Origin: an archaeon GW2011_AR15
Lineage (GTDB): Archaea > Nanobdellota > Nanobdellia > Woesearchaeales > GW2011-AR15
Direction of reading: 5' to 3'
Assembly (NCBI GenBank): GCA_000830295.1
Contig: CP010425.1
Coordinates: 928,001-992,000, forward strand
DNA length: 64,000 nt
Positions within the stretch are counted from its first letter, which is position 1, and each line of letters starts with the position of its first letter. A program made the position numbers and the translations under genes. This document shows, one piece after another, positions 1-8,826 of this stretch. The notes beneath the pieces are model-generated. The model had not been told where the DNA came from. It worked only from the letters and a program-made list of their open reading frames with translations, and ran no database searches.

Positions 1-292
1 GTGAGCCCGGGGAGATAGTCACAGGATTTCTTGTCATGATAGCAGAAACTTTTGTTTTCTTTGGGTCCTTGCCGGGCAGCACAATTTTTTTTGTGAGATC
101 CCTCTCTGTTACTATCCCGAGGATATGCTTACCCTCAGAAACAACAAGGGTGCTTATTGAATTCTCGCTCATGATTTTGGCTGCTTTGTGCACGCTGTTA
201 TCCCTGTCAATTCCTATGACAGGCGATGACATGATGTCCATAACTACAACATTTCTTTTTATTTTTGACAGGTTTTTCAGCATGTTTTTCAT
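1..292 (-). CDS. CBS-domain protein (3' end runs off the window)
   Basis: Manual minus-strand translation MKNMLKNLSKIKRNVVVMDIMSSPVIGIDRDNSVHKAAKIMSENSISTLVVSEGKHILGIVTERDL...VSAIMTRNPVTISPG shows the tandem CBS pattern (DIMS.PV, GIVTERD, IMT.NPVT). Not in the ORF track. Confidence 0.85.
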   Translation of the reverse strand, partial: MKNMLKNLSKIKRNVVVMDIMSSPVIGIDRDNSVHKAAKIMSENSISTLVVSEGKHILGIVTERDLTKKIVLPGKDPKKTKVSAIMTRNPVTISPGS

Positions 293-367
293 TAGCCATT
301 GTAGGATGTTGTATTATAAAAATCTACCTAAAACTATTTAAACTTTGAAGCCAATATCTGGTCTGTC

Positions 368-1606
368 ATGCAAAAAAGAGGGACTTCTCAGATAGACTGG
401 ATTATGAGCCTCGCTCTCTTCCTTCTTTATATAGGGTGGTTTTTTGTCTTCATAAGCCCGCAGATTTCCCTGGGTGCAAACAAGGACTCCCTGATGATAG
501 TATTGAAAGATAATTTCCATGACCAGTTCAGCTGGGAGCTTGACAAATTCCCTGTCTTTATTGAGTCAGAAAAAAGCGGGCTTTATCCTATAGTATTTGA
601 TTACAATCCTAATAATTCAGATATACGCTTTCTGGATGGTACAGAATTCGTAATCTGGGACAGCAAGCTCATATTCCAGGCGAACCTCACGCCAAACATG
701 ACAACATACTGGGTGACAAAAGGAGGCGGCTACAGCCACAATTATGAGTCCACAGGATTTGACCGTGACGAGGACCAGGCCACAGTGGAGAATATGACTG
801 TAAGATTTGAAAACATGCTCCTGGACTATGTAAATTACAGGAACCAGGAAAAGATAACAGATGTGCAGTACAGGGTAAACAATGAGGCTCTTTTTGCGGA
901 CAATACAAGCTTTGAAGATTATGGCTTTGCCGCCTTTTACAGGTCAAACAGTGAGATAAACCACACGACGATTGTATTCTCAGGCGGGAAAGAGATATAC
1001 AATTTTGTAAACACTGGTGATGCCGAATATACGCTGGCGCTGGATATTGTCCTCGATGATTACCAGTCTTACTACACTGACAATACTTATTTCGGGAACT
1101 TCACGTATGCAGAAGGGAGTGAGATAATAAATTATACAGCGGACCACGTTACTGTATATGACGGGCATGACCTGCTGTCGATATTTTTTGACAACAATGT
1201 ATCCCTTAACTTCTCAGCCTATAACACGACACTTGATCTTGAGGTAAGAATGCCTCTCACGAACGGCTATGAATACAAATATGTATTCCACGAAGGAGAT
1301 TATGAGAATGTCTCAAGAAGGGAATTTGATTACAGGTATGGGGTCAGCGAAGTGATAACAGGGATAAACCTGGACAACATAACTACCGGTTATGCCTCTC
1401 TCAAGGCTGAGTGGCAGTTTCCCAAAGATTTCAATATCAGGGTATATGAGAACAGCTCGGCATTTATCTATGCTGCTGAGCCGACCTATGAGATAGGGAT
1501 AGAAAGCTCAAGCATAACAAATGTCTATGCGGAAACCGAGGATTCGTTTGCGCTCACAGCAAACGGAAGCCTGATACCGATAAGCGTGAACTACAGGATA
1601 TGGTAA
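368..1606 (+). CDS. Secreted/membrane-anchored protein with class III (type IV pilin-like) signal peptide
   Basis: N-terminus MQKRG-TSQIDW followed by a hydrophobic helix. The remainder is Asn/Thr/Tyr-rich with many NxS/T sequons. Confidence 0.55.
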   Translation: MQKRGTSQIDWIMSLALFLLYIGWFFVFISPQISLGANKDSLMIVLKDNFHDQFSWELDKFPVFIESEKSGLYPIVFDYNPNNSDIRFLDGTEFVIWDSKLIFQANLTPNMTTYWVTKGGGYSHNYESTGFDRDEDQATVENMTVRFENMLLDYVNYRNQEKITDVQYRVNNEALFADNTSFEDYGFAAFYRSNSEINHTTIVFSGGKEIYNFVNTGDAEYTLALDIVLDDYQSYYTDNTYFGNFTYAEGSEIINYTADHVTVYDGHDLLSIFFDNNVSLNFSAYNTTLDLEVRMPLTNGYEYKYVFHEGDYENVSRREFDYRYGVSEVITGINLDNITTGYASLKAEWQFPKDFNIRVYENSSAFIYAAEPTYEIGIESSSITNVYAETEDSFALTANGSLIPISVNYRIW

Positions 1607-1989
1607 AAAAAGCATTCATGAAAACAATAGAGATGCTCATAGTTATTGTGCTGAGCGCAATATTCCTTATTATGCTTCTCTCAAAGCCCGCATCTCTAAA
1701 TCAGGCTGAAGTAAAGGACTACTTCATTAAACTTGAGGAAAACGAGGAGTTCCGGCAGTATATCCAGAACACCACAGGATGCTTTAATTCATCAGTGGAT
1801 AGTCCCGCGGCTACGCTTCTCATGAGATATATGACAACAAGCTATGATTATCTCCTCTGCTCTGGCACAGTCGCTACATCTGCACAGCTTCCCCCACAGA
1901 CCGTATATATCGATTCTCTTGTTTTTACTGGCAATTATACAGACACAAGATTCAAGAAACTCTCGTTATATTATTGGCTGAGGCAGTAA
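1600..1989 (+). CDS. Pilin-like protein with class III signal peptide
   Basis: MVKKA|FMKTIE followed by a hydrophobic helix (KKA cleavage motif with a nearby Glu). Overlaps the upstream stop, suggesting an operon. Confidence 0.55.
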   Translation: MVKKAFMKTIEMLIVIVLSAIFLIMLLSKPASLNQAEVKDYFIKLEENEEFRQYIQNTTGCFNSSVDSPAATLLMRYMTTSYDYLLCSGTVATSAQLPPQTVYIDSLVFTGNYTDTRFKKLSLYYWLRQ

Positions 1990-2030
1990 AAAAATAAGAT
2001 TTAAATATCAGGATATCATTGGACAGCAAT

Positions 2031-2195
2031 ATGGAAAAAATAAAATATGTCTGCACAAGCTGCAATTATGACTTCTCAAGGAAAGAGAATATACGGTTTA
2101 GCAAATGCCCGTACTGCGGCAAGGAAGGCACAGTTGAGGTAAAGAAGGACAATTATGCCTCAAGGCTGCTGAATGAAGTTTCTGACAGCGGATAA
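2031..2195 (+). CDS. Small zinc-ribbon protein (54 aa)
   Basis: MEKIKYVCTSCNYDFSRKENIRFSKCPYCGKEG... has CxxC-x14-CxxC. TTTAAATA lies 31 nt upstream of the ATG. Below the ORF-track size cutoff. Confidence 0.75.
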   Translation: MEKIKYVCTSCNYDFSRKENIRFSKCPYCGKEGTVEVKKDNYASRLLNEVSDSG

Positions 2196-2307
2196 TAAAG
2201 TTGCGCGACCCCAGGGGCTATAAGTCTGGTTCTTATGATTATATTGGTAAGATAAAGTATTATATCATAAACACTTAAATATAGGTTTATCCAACTTTCT
2301 GGTTAAG

Positions 2308-3312
2308 ATGGCCAAAATAAAAGCAATAATACCGGTGGCAGGCATAGGCACCAGGCTGAGGCCGCACACGCATACGATTCCCAAGGCATTGCTCCATGTG
2401 GCAGGCAAGCCCATACTCGGCCATATACTTGACCAGGTAAAGGAGCTCGGGATAAAGGAAGTAATACTTATCCTTGGTTATCTTGGAGAGAAGATAGAGG
2501 CGTATGCAAAGAAAGAACACCCAGGGATAAAGTTCCACTTTGCATATCAGGAGAAAGCGCTTGGCCCGGGGCATGCAATATATCTGGCAAAACCCTTTGT
2601 GAAAGATGGGGATCCTCTTCTCATAATTTATGGCGACACTATTTTTGTAGGAGATATGAAGAAATGCCTCAAGACGAAAAAAGACGGGGCAATAGCAGTA
2701 AAGAGGGTCAGTGACCCGAGAAGATTCGGGGTGGTCAGGATGAAAGGCGACAGGGTTGTCGACGTAGTGGAGAAGCCCGATTATGTCAGGCCAATGGATG
2801 CAATGATCGGAATATACTTTATGAGAAACTCAAAGCTGCTGTTTGATGCACTGGATGAGATGGTAGAGACAAAAAGAATGACCAAGGGAGAATTCTATCT
2901 TACAGATGCTTTTAAGATCATGTTGGAGAAAAAAGCCAGCCTCACAACATTCAGGATGGAGGGATGGTTTGACTGCGGGAAGCCGGAAACGCTTCTTTCT
3001 ACGAACAGGTATCTTCTTGGAAAAAAAGGCAATGGGAAGACAAAAGTAGTTGCTGAAAACACTGTCATAATCCCCCCTGTATTCATAGGCAAGAAGGTTA
3101 TGTTAAAGAATTCCATAATAGGACCCTATGTTTCTATTGCCGACGGGGCAATCATAAAAACCTCAATAATAAGGGACAGCATCATAAACAGGAATGCCGT
3201 GATAGAAAATGCCCAGCTTCAGGAGTCCCTGATAGGGGAAAACGCAATTGTCCAGAACATAATAGAGAAGCTCAATGTCGGCGACAATTCAGAAATAAGC
3301 TTTAATTCCTAA
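2308..3312 (+). CDS. Sugar-phosphate nucleotidyltransferase (glucose-1-phosphate thymidylyltransferase-like, long form)
   Basis: AIIPVAGIGTRLRPHT...PKAL motif, GDT, WFDCG, and C-terminal hexapeptide (left-handed beta-helix) repeats. Confidence 0.9.
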   Translation: MAKIKAIIPVAGIGTRLRPHTHTIPKALLHVAGKPILGHILDQVKELGIKEVILILGYLGEKIEAYAKKEHPGIKFHFAYQEKALGPGHAIYLAKPFVKDGDPLLIIYGDTIFVGDMKKCLKTKKDGAIAVKRVSDPRRFGVVRMKGDRVVDVVEKPDYVRPMDAMIGIYFMRNSKLLFDALDEMVETKRMTKGEFYLTDAFKIMLEKKASLTTFRMEGWFDCGKPETLLSTNRYLLGKKGNGKTKVVAENTVIIPPVFIGKKVMLKNSIIGPYVSIADGAIIKTSIIRDSIINRNAVIENAQLQESLIGENAIVQNIIEKLNVGDNSEISFNS

Positions 3313-4253
3313 TATTTCCCAGTTGCCTTCAAATGCTCTATAAATCTTTCTGCTTCTATAGCAGCCATGCATCCTGTTCCTGCTGATGTGACTGCCTGCC
3401 TGAAGACATGGTCCTGGCAGTCGCCGGCAGCATATACTCCCTCAACATTCGTATGGGCCCTCTTATCAGTTATTATGTACCCCATTTCATCAAGCTTGAT
3501 TTTTTTCTCAAATATTTTTGTGTTTGGGATATGGCCGATTGCAAGGAAAAAGCCGTCTGCCTTTATCTCTGCTTCCTGGCCTGTTTTCAGGTTCTTTACT
3601 TTTACTCCTGTGACAAATTTGCCGTCTCCCATAACTTCTTCCACACCAGTGTCCCACTTAATATTCACTTTATCCTTTAGCTTGAATATCCTGTCCTGCA
3701 TTATCTTGCTGGCCCTGAGTGCATCCCTCCTGTGGACCAAGGTAACCTTATCTGCAAACTTGTATAGTGCCATTGCTTCTTCCATTGCAGAATCTCCGCC
3801 GCCAACCAGAACAACCTCTTTCCCTTTATAGAGTGCAGCATCGCACACAGCACATGTTGACACTCCTTTTCCAAAATAAACATCCTCTCCCGGAATCCCC
3901 AAAAGCCTTGGAGAAGCGCCGGTGGATATTATCACTGTCCTTCCCCTGAATTTCCTGTCGTTTGAACCCAGCTCGAAATAATCTTTTTTCTTTTCAAAAG
4001 AATCAACATATACTCCTTCATACTCTGCCCCGAATTTCTGCGCCTGTTTTCGTGTATTCTCCACAAGCACAGGTCCCATTATCCCGTCAGGAAACCCCGG
4101 AAAATTCTCAACTGTGGTTGTCAGGCTCAGCTGGTCAGGGTCATGGCCTGAAAGAACCAGCGGGTTTAATTTTGCCCTTGCAGTATACAATGCTGCAGTA
4201 TGGGCTGATATTCCGCCGCCGATAATTATTACGTCCCTTATTTCTTCTGCCAT
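3309..4253 (-). CDS. trxB: Thioredoxin-disulfide reductase
   Basis: FAD-binding IIGGG, VENFPGF, redox CAVC-D, GGGDSAMEEA, HRRD, AAGD...RQAVTSAG. Confidence 0.95.
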   Translation of the reverse strand: MAEEIRDVIIIGGGISAHTAALYTARAKLNPLVLSGHDPDQLSLTTTVENFPGFPDGIMGPVLVENTRKQAQKFGAEYEGVYVDSFEKKKDYFELGSNDRKFRGRTVIISTGASPRLLGIPGEDVYFGKGVSTCAVCDAALYKGKEVVLVGGGDSAMEEAMALYKFADKVTLVHRRDALRASKIMQDRIFKLKDKVNIKWDTGVEEVMGDGKFVTGVKVKNLKTGQEAEIKADGFFLAIGHIPNTKIFEKKIKLDEMGYIITDKRAHTNVEGVYAAGDCQDHVFRQAVTSAGTGCMAAIEAERFIEHLKATGKY

Positions 4254-4290
4254 AACGACCGAAAATTAAAATCTGTTTAAATATGTTTGG

Positions 4291-4827
4291 TTAGAAAGGG
4301 ACAGCATCGCTGACCATTTTCAGCGCAGAGTAATTTTTTATTCCAGTATGCCTGCCGTAAAAAAATCCTTTCCCTCCAGACTGGCCCAGCACCATACTCT
4401 TAGGGATTTCGCCGGATTTAACAGCGCTTATAACCCCTCTTATGAGTTCAGGCATCCAGAAATCAGCAGGGTGGTCAGAATTCGGCTTTACTTTCCCTAT
4501 TACAGCAGCAAGGACTTCAGCGTCTCTTATGCTTTCCGCCCTTTCTATAATCTCTTCCACAGCATTGTATATCCATTTGTTCCCGTCGTATGTTGTATTC
4601 ATCCCAGGGGTATCGTATTCCGGGAGCCTTATGTCCTTGTTCAGGGAATATGGCTCCAGAAGTTTATCCAGGCTTTCTGTCTCAGCATCAGCTATCGGCA
4701 GCGCCGAATATGTTTCTTCTGTAGAGGATTTGATCATGCTTACCCTGTAGAATCTGTGGTCTACATAAAGGTAAATAGGAAAGTTATTTACAGCATACAG
4801 GTCTGCGACCTGCCATACCTGGGCCAT
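4291..4827 (-). CDS. Hypothetical protein
   Basis: 178-aa ORF filling the gap between genes, with a TATA-like TTTAAATA about 30 nt upstream. No recognisable motif. Confidence 0.55.
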   Translation of the reverse strand: MAQVWQVADLYAVNNFPIYLYVDHRFYRVSMIKSSTEETYSALPIADAETESLDKLLEPYSLNKDIRLPEYDTPGMNTTYDGNKWIYNAVEEIIERAESIRDAEVLAAVIGKVKPNSDHPADFWMPELIRGVISAVKSGEIPKSMVLGQSGGKGFFYGRHTGIKNYSALKMVSDAVPF

Positions 4828-4902
4828 ACTTTTCGAGAAGCAGGACTTATTTAAAAAATTTGAGGCTTATTGGCTATCTTAAACCAAAAATACAGTATGA
4901 TA

Positions 4903-5562
4903 CTAGTTTTTCTCTCCCCACTTTGAAATGCCGTGAAGGGCCTGCAGGGCTTTCATCTGGTCGTCTTCGTTGATTATGAAGATATGTTCGCTTCCGCATA
5001 TTACCCCGTCGATAATGCTTATATCGTTAAGCGCAAGCTCGCTTGTCAGCGCAGCGAAAACCCCGGGAGTTTCCTTTACATCCTCAGAGTAAATAATGCT
5101 TATCTCACCTATTTTCTTCTCAATCTCAACAATATCTTTTTTTGTGAAAAGCTCCTCTACTTTTTTGAGGTTGGCCTCATCTATCACTATTTTTACGAAC
5201 TGGCTCACTTCCAGTATCCTCAGAACTTCGCCTTTTGAGAAATCAATTTTATTATATAATTTTATCAGGGAATTCCTTACGTCCATTTCTTTCCTGAAGA
5301 GCACAGAAGCCATTCTTGTTCTTGAGGAGACTTTTGCTCCTGCAATAAGCTTGTACCTTTTCTTTATATACTCTTTTGGCTCTTCTTTTGTTTCGTATCT
5401 CCTTATCGCGCTTATCACAGCATCTATGGAAGATGAAAGCATAAGGTTCTTGTGGATGTACTTTGCCAGCGCCCTTGTATTGATTATTCCTCTTGTGAGG
5501 CCTCTTCTTATGGAAACGTCCTGCTCGATGAAATTTGTCACTTCATTCTGTATATTTGTCAT
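4903..5562 (-). CDS. Archaeal ACT-domain regulatory protein (N-terminal helical/HTH-like region)
   Basis: GIINTRALAKYI...AVISAIRRY N-terminus and a C-terminal ACT-like TPGVFAALTSELALNDISI. Confidence 0.8.
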   Translation of the reverse strand: MTNIQNEVTNFIEQDVSIRRGLTRGIINTRALAKYIHKNLMLSSSIDAVISAIRRYETKEEPKEYIKKRYKLIAGAKVSSRTRMASVLFRKEMDVRNSLIKLYNKIDFSKGEVLRILEVSQFVKIVIDEANLKKVEELFTKKDIVEIEKKIGEISIIYSEDVKETPGVFAALTSELALNDISIIDGVICGSEHIFIINEDDQMKALQALHGISKWGEKN

Positions 5563-5647
5563 ATTTAATAAAAATGTGTCATGATTTAAATATTTATCTG
5601 ATTTGTGTCGTTGCTTTTAAAAAATCTTTTTCTGTTCCTGAAGTGTT

Positions 5648-6307
5648 ATGGATTACGGCTGTTATTATATCACAGAAAAAGGAGACATACCGAGAAATGC
5701 GGAGTGGCTTGTGTTTGACATGGATGGCACCCTCACGCCAGAGTCACTGGATTATCTTGCAGGATTTTTCGGCCTGGAAAAAGAAATAGCTGAAATAACA
5801 GAGCTTGGCATGCAGGGGAAAATTAGATTTGAGGATTCTGTAAGGCAGAGGCTCGGGATCATGAAAGGCATGCACAGGGAAAAAGTAATCATGGCGGGAT
5901 ATGAGATGCCTCTCCAGCAGGGAGCATTGGAACTTATAAGGGAATTAGGGTATGTGACAGCAATAATTACCGGCGGATTTTCAGATATTGCATACACCGT
6001 AGCAAGGAGACTGGGAGCCGATGTATACTGGGCCAATGAGCTTGTCTATGATAACAACAGGACAACTGAGAAATTCCTTATGAATGTCAACGGGAACAAG
6101 CATGATATTATGGATTATATTCTTATGGCTCATGCGCCTGCAAGAATGATCTATATAGGAGACGGCGCAAATGATGCCAAAGCCCTTGCAAAGGCAGATA
6201 TAAGCATTGCCACATACAATGCAAAACAGCCTGCAGTTGAAATCGCCAGATTCCGGCTCCCTACACCTGATTTATATCAGGCAGCAGAAATAATAAGACA
6301 AAATTAA
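5648..6307 (+). CDS. serB: Phosphoserine phosphatase-like HAD hydrolase
   Basis: FDMDGTL (motif I), ITELGMQGKIRFEDSVRQR cap, TGGF, GDGAND. Confidence 0.8.
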   Translation: MDYGCYYITEKGDIPRNAEWLVFDMDGTLTPESLDYLAGFFGLEKEIAEITELGMQGKIRFEDSVRQRLGIMKGMHREKVIMAGYEMPLQQGALELIRELGYVTAIITGGFSDIAYTVARRLGADVYWANELVYDNNRTTEKFLMNVNGNKHDIMDYILMAHAPARMIYIGDGANDAKALAKADISIATYNAKQPAVEIARFRLPTPDLYQAAEIIRQN

Positions 6308-6316
6308 AATAAAAAA

Positions 6317-6922
6317 TTAAGCCCCGTCAAACCTTCTTGCAACTTCTTCCCAGTTCACTACATTCCAGAATGCCCCGACATAATCCGGCCTCCTGTTCTG
6401 GTAGTTGAGGTAGTAGGCATGCTCCCAGACATCCAGTCCCAACAGTGGCGTTTTGGCTTCCATTAAAGGAGAATCCTGGTTTGCTGTGCTGTATACTTCT
6501 AATTTTCCTTTGCTGACAACAAGCCATGCCCATCCTGAGCCGAATCTTGTTTTTGCAGCATTTGAGAATTTTTCCTTGAAAGCATCAAAGCTTCCAAAGT
6601 CCCTCACAATAGCTTCGTTTAGTTTTCCAGATGGCTCGCCGCCGCCATCAGGGCCCATTATTGCCCAGAAAAGGTTGTGATTAACATATCCCCCGCCATT
6701 GTTCCTGACAACCATCTTTATGTCCTCTGGCAGGCTGTTAAGGTTTCCTACAATCTCCTCAGCAGACCCTGATATGTTTTTTCCCTGCAGGGCATCGTTG
6801 AAATTTTTTGTGTAGGCAGCATGATGCTTGCTGTGATGTATTTCCATGGTCCTTGCATCTATATGCGGCTCAAGCGCATTGTATGCATATGGTAATTTCG
6901 GTAGTTCAAAAATTTTTATCAC
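6317..6922 (-). CDS. sodA: Fe/Mn superoxide dismutase
   Basis: [47 protein letters not shown]. The start codon is uncertain (see findings). Confidence 0.95.
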   Translation of the reverse strand: MIKIFELPKLPYAYNALEPHIDARTMEIHHSKHHAAYTKNFNDALQGKNISGSAEEIVGNLNSLPEDIKMVVRNNGGGYVNHNLFWAIMGPDGGGEPSGKLNEAIVRDFGSFDAFKEKFSNAAKTRFGSGWAWLVVSKGKLEVYSTANQDSPLMEAKTPLLGLDVWEHAYYLNYQNRRPDYVGAFWNVVNWEEVARRFDGA

Positions 6923-6942
6923 CTCCAGAAATTTTTGAATAT

Positions 6943-6958
6943 TGAAAAGTGGTTTTCA
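6943..6958. promoter_or_regulatory. Palindrome TGAAAA-gtgg-TTTTCA upstream of sod (candidate operator)
   Basis: Perfect 6-bp arms located between a TATA-like element (~6977-6985, minus strand) and the GGAGGTGA Shine-Dalgarno (SD) sequence. Confidence 0.35.
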
Positions 6959-7041
6959 TTTTCATAAGCTCAAACATTTTATATCACCCATAAATGGAAA
7001 ATAAGGCTGCTCTTATAAAAGTTATGGAAAGAACTTGCGGC

Positions 7042-7632
7042 CTAGAACGGCTTGCACTTTTCACAAGGTTTGAACTTACCAGAAGCAGCATATCTTTTTG
7101 AGCCTATAACTTTCGTATCTTTCTCGTCTTTGAGCAGCTCGCATCCTTCAGCATGAATAATGTTATCTTTTGTTGAGATATATGATTTTATCTCAACTTT
7201 TTTCGGCTCTTCTTTTGGTTCTTCTGGCTTAGGGCTGTGCATTGGCAAAGGCTGTCCGCTGTCCTCAAATTCAAAACCGTCCTTAGGGGCATTTTTCGGG
7301 ATATATTCTCCTTCCTTCAATCTCATTCTGTGCGCAATAAAGACCAATAGGATGCCCAGCGATAACGCAGCTATGGCAAGATAGCCTGAATATGCAAGAT
7401 ACCTGTTCAGAAGAATCAGGTCAAGCACGTAAAAAGAGACTCCGGCAATTACCAGATAAACCAGCCATGCCCCGATCTTCCAGTAAGGCTCAAGAGCCAG
7501 GAATACGAAAAGCACAACATTGAGGAACAGCAGCCCAAGGCTAAGAGCTGCAGAATCAAAGCCAGATACAAGCAGCAGGGCTGCAAGAAGCTGCAGTACA
7601 AGCACAACAAGTATCTCCCCGGTCCTTTTCAT
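7042..7632 (-). CDS. Membrane protein (about 4 TM) with C-terminal Ada-like metal-binding tail
   Basis: Hydrophobic N-terminal 100 aa. The C-terminus is IIHAEGC...FKPCEKCKP (H..C...CxxC.P). Confidence 0.6.
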   Translation of the reverse strand: MKRTGEILVVLVLQLLAALLLVSGFDSAALSLGLLFLNVVLFVFLALEPYWKIGAWLVYLVIAGVSFYVLDLILLNRYLAYSGYLAIAALSLGILLVFIAHRMRLKEGEYIPKNAPKDGFEFEDSGQPLPMHSPKPEEPKEEPKKVEIKSYISTKDNIIHAEGCELLKDEKDTKVIGSKRYAASGKFKPCEKCKPF

Positions 7633-7726
7633 GACCAGAGAGCAGAATAATAAGCTAAATTTAAAGATTGTGGATGGCAGCTGAAATTCAAAAACCTTAA
7701 TAACCCATTTTTTTTCTTCTATAGCA

Positions 7727-8749
7727 ATGATTCCGGATTCAGAGATTAAAGAGCTGAGGGAAGCGCTTGTAAATTCTACCCGGCCGCTGGTTTTCTTTGA
7801 TGATGACCCTGACGGCCTGTGCTCTTTCCTCCAGTTCTACAAGCTGAACCCTGAATGCCACGGAGTTGTCTTCAAGAAGGCAGGCTCGCTTGATGCGGAA
7901 TTCCTGAGGAAAGTCGGGGAATATCACCCCGATGCAATATTCATACTTGATATTGCGAATGTTGACCAGGAGTTTCTGGATAAGGTGAAAAACGCATACT
8001 GGCTTGATCACCATTCACCTTCTGAAAGGAAGAATGTGAAATATTACAATCCTATGATAAAAAGTAAGGGAAAGGACAACAAGCCCATAAGCTACTGGGC
8101 GTATAAGATTACAGGGGAGAGCTCATGGCTGGCAATGACAGGCTGCGTGGGAGACTGGTTCCTTCCTCCGGATATAAGGAAAAAATTTGATGAGGAATAT
8201 CCCGGGCTTATTGACAAGAAGATAAAAAAGCCGGAAGATGCCCTGTTCAAAAGCAAAATAGGAACACTCTCAAGGGCGCTTTCATTCATCCTGAAAGGCA
8301 AGACAAAAGAGGTAATGGATTGCGTTAAAGTGCTTACGCGAATCCAGCACCCAAATGATATACTGGAGCAGAGCACTTCCAGAGGTAAGTTTATCTGGAA
8401 AAAATACCTGAAGACCAACAGCATATACAATTTACTGATAAAATCAGTCAAAGTTACTAAGGATAAGATAATCCTGTTTAAATATTCCAGTGATAAAACC
8501 TCATTAACGTCTGAGATGAGCAATGAGCTTCTTTTCAGATATCCGAAAAAGTTTATAATAATTGCAAGGGAAAAGAACGGAGAGATGAAATGCTCACTCA
8601 GGTCATCAAAATACAAGGTCCGCATTATCCTTAAGAAAGCTCTTCAGGGAATTGACGGGTATGGCGGCGGGCACCTGCATGCATGCGGAGCTGCGGTAAA
8701 GGCAACTGATTTTGACAGGTTTCTGGAGAATATAAGGCAGCAATTATAA
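7727..8749 (+). CDS. DHH/DHHA1 family phosphoesterase (RecJ/NrnA-like)
   Basis: DDDPDG, ILD, LDHH, GD, SLRS and GGGH..ACG motifs. Confidence 0.9.
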   Translation: MIPDSEIKELREALVNSTRPLVFFDDDPDGLCSFLQFYKLNPECHGVVFKKAGSLDAEFLRKVGEYHPDAIFILDIANVDQEFLDKVKNAYWLDHHSPSERKNVKYYNPMIKSKGKDNKPISYWAYKITGESSWLAMTGCVGDWFLPPDIRKKFDEEYPGLIDKKIKKPEDALFKSKIGTLSRALSFILKGKTKEVMDCVKVLTRIQHPNDILEQSTSRGKFIWKKYLKTNSIYNLLIKSVKVTKDKIILFKYSSDKTSLTSEMSNELLFRYPKKFIIIAREKNGEMKCSLRSSKYKVRIILKKALQGIDGYGGGHLHACGAAVKATDFDRFLENIRQQL

Positions 8750-8754
8750 TAAAT

Positions 8755-8762
8755 TTTATATA
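8755..8762 (+). promoter_or_regulatory. TATA box for the ileS leader transcript
   Basis: TTTATATA starts 30 nt before ATG 8785. The same spacing occurs for sufB (12083/12114), the 2031 gene (2000/2031) and aIF-1A (26191/26221). Confidence 0.6.
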
Positions 8763-8784
8763 TAGACCCGACCTACTTCTCCCC

Positions 8785-8826
8785 ATGTTTTCAGATAATA
8801 TCGTAGTTTCTATCATTATTATCTAG
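8785..8826 (+). CDS. Putative Ile-rich leader peptide of ileS (MFSDNIVVSIIII)
   Basis: ATG TTT TCA GAT AAT ATC GTA GTT TCT ATC ATT ATT ATC TAG. Four consecutive Ile codons; ends 84 nt upstream of ileS. Confidence 0.6.
   Translation: MFSDNIVVSIIII

Noticed and set aside
36-341. 101-aa plus-strand ORF
   Set aside because: It is the antisense shadow of the minus-strand CBS-domain gene (1-292).
8631-8816. 61-aa minus-strand ORF overlapping the ileS leader
   Set aside because: It overlaps the DHH gene antisense and has no motif. The plus-strand TATA/ATG geometry explains the region better.
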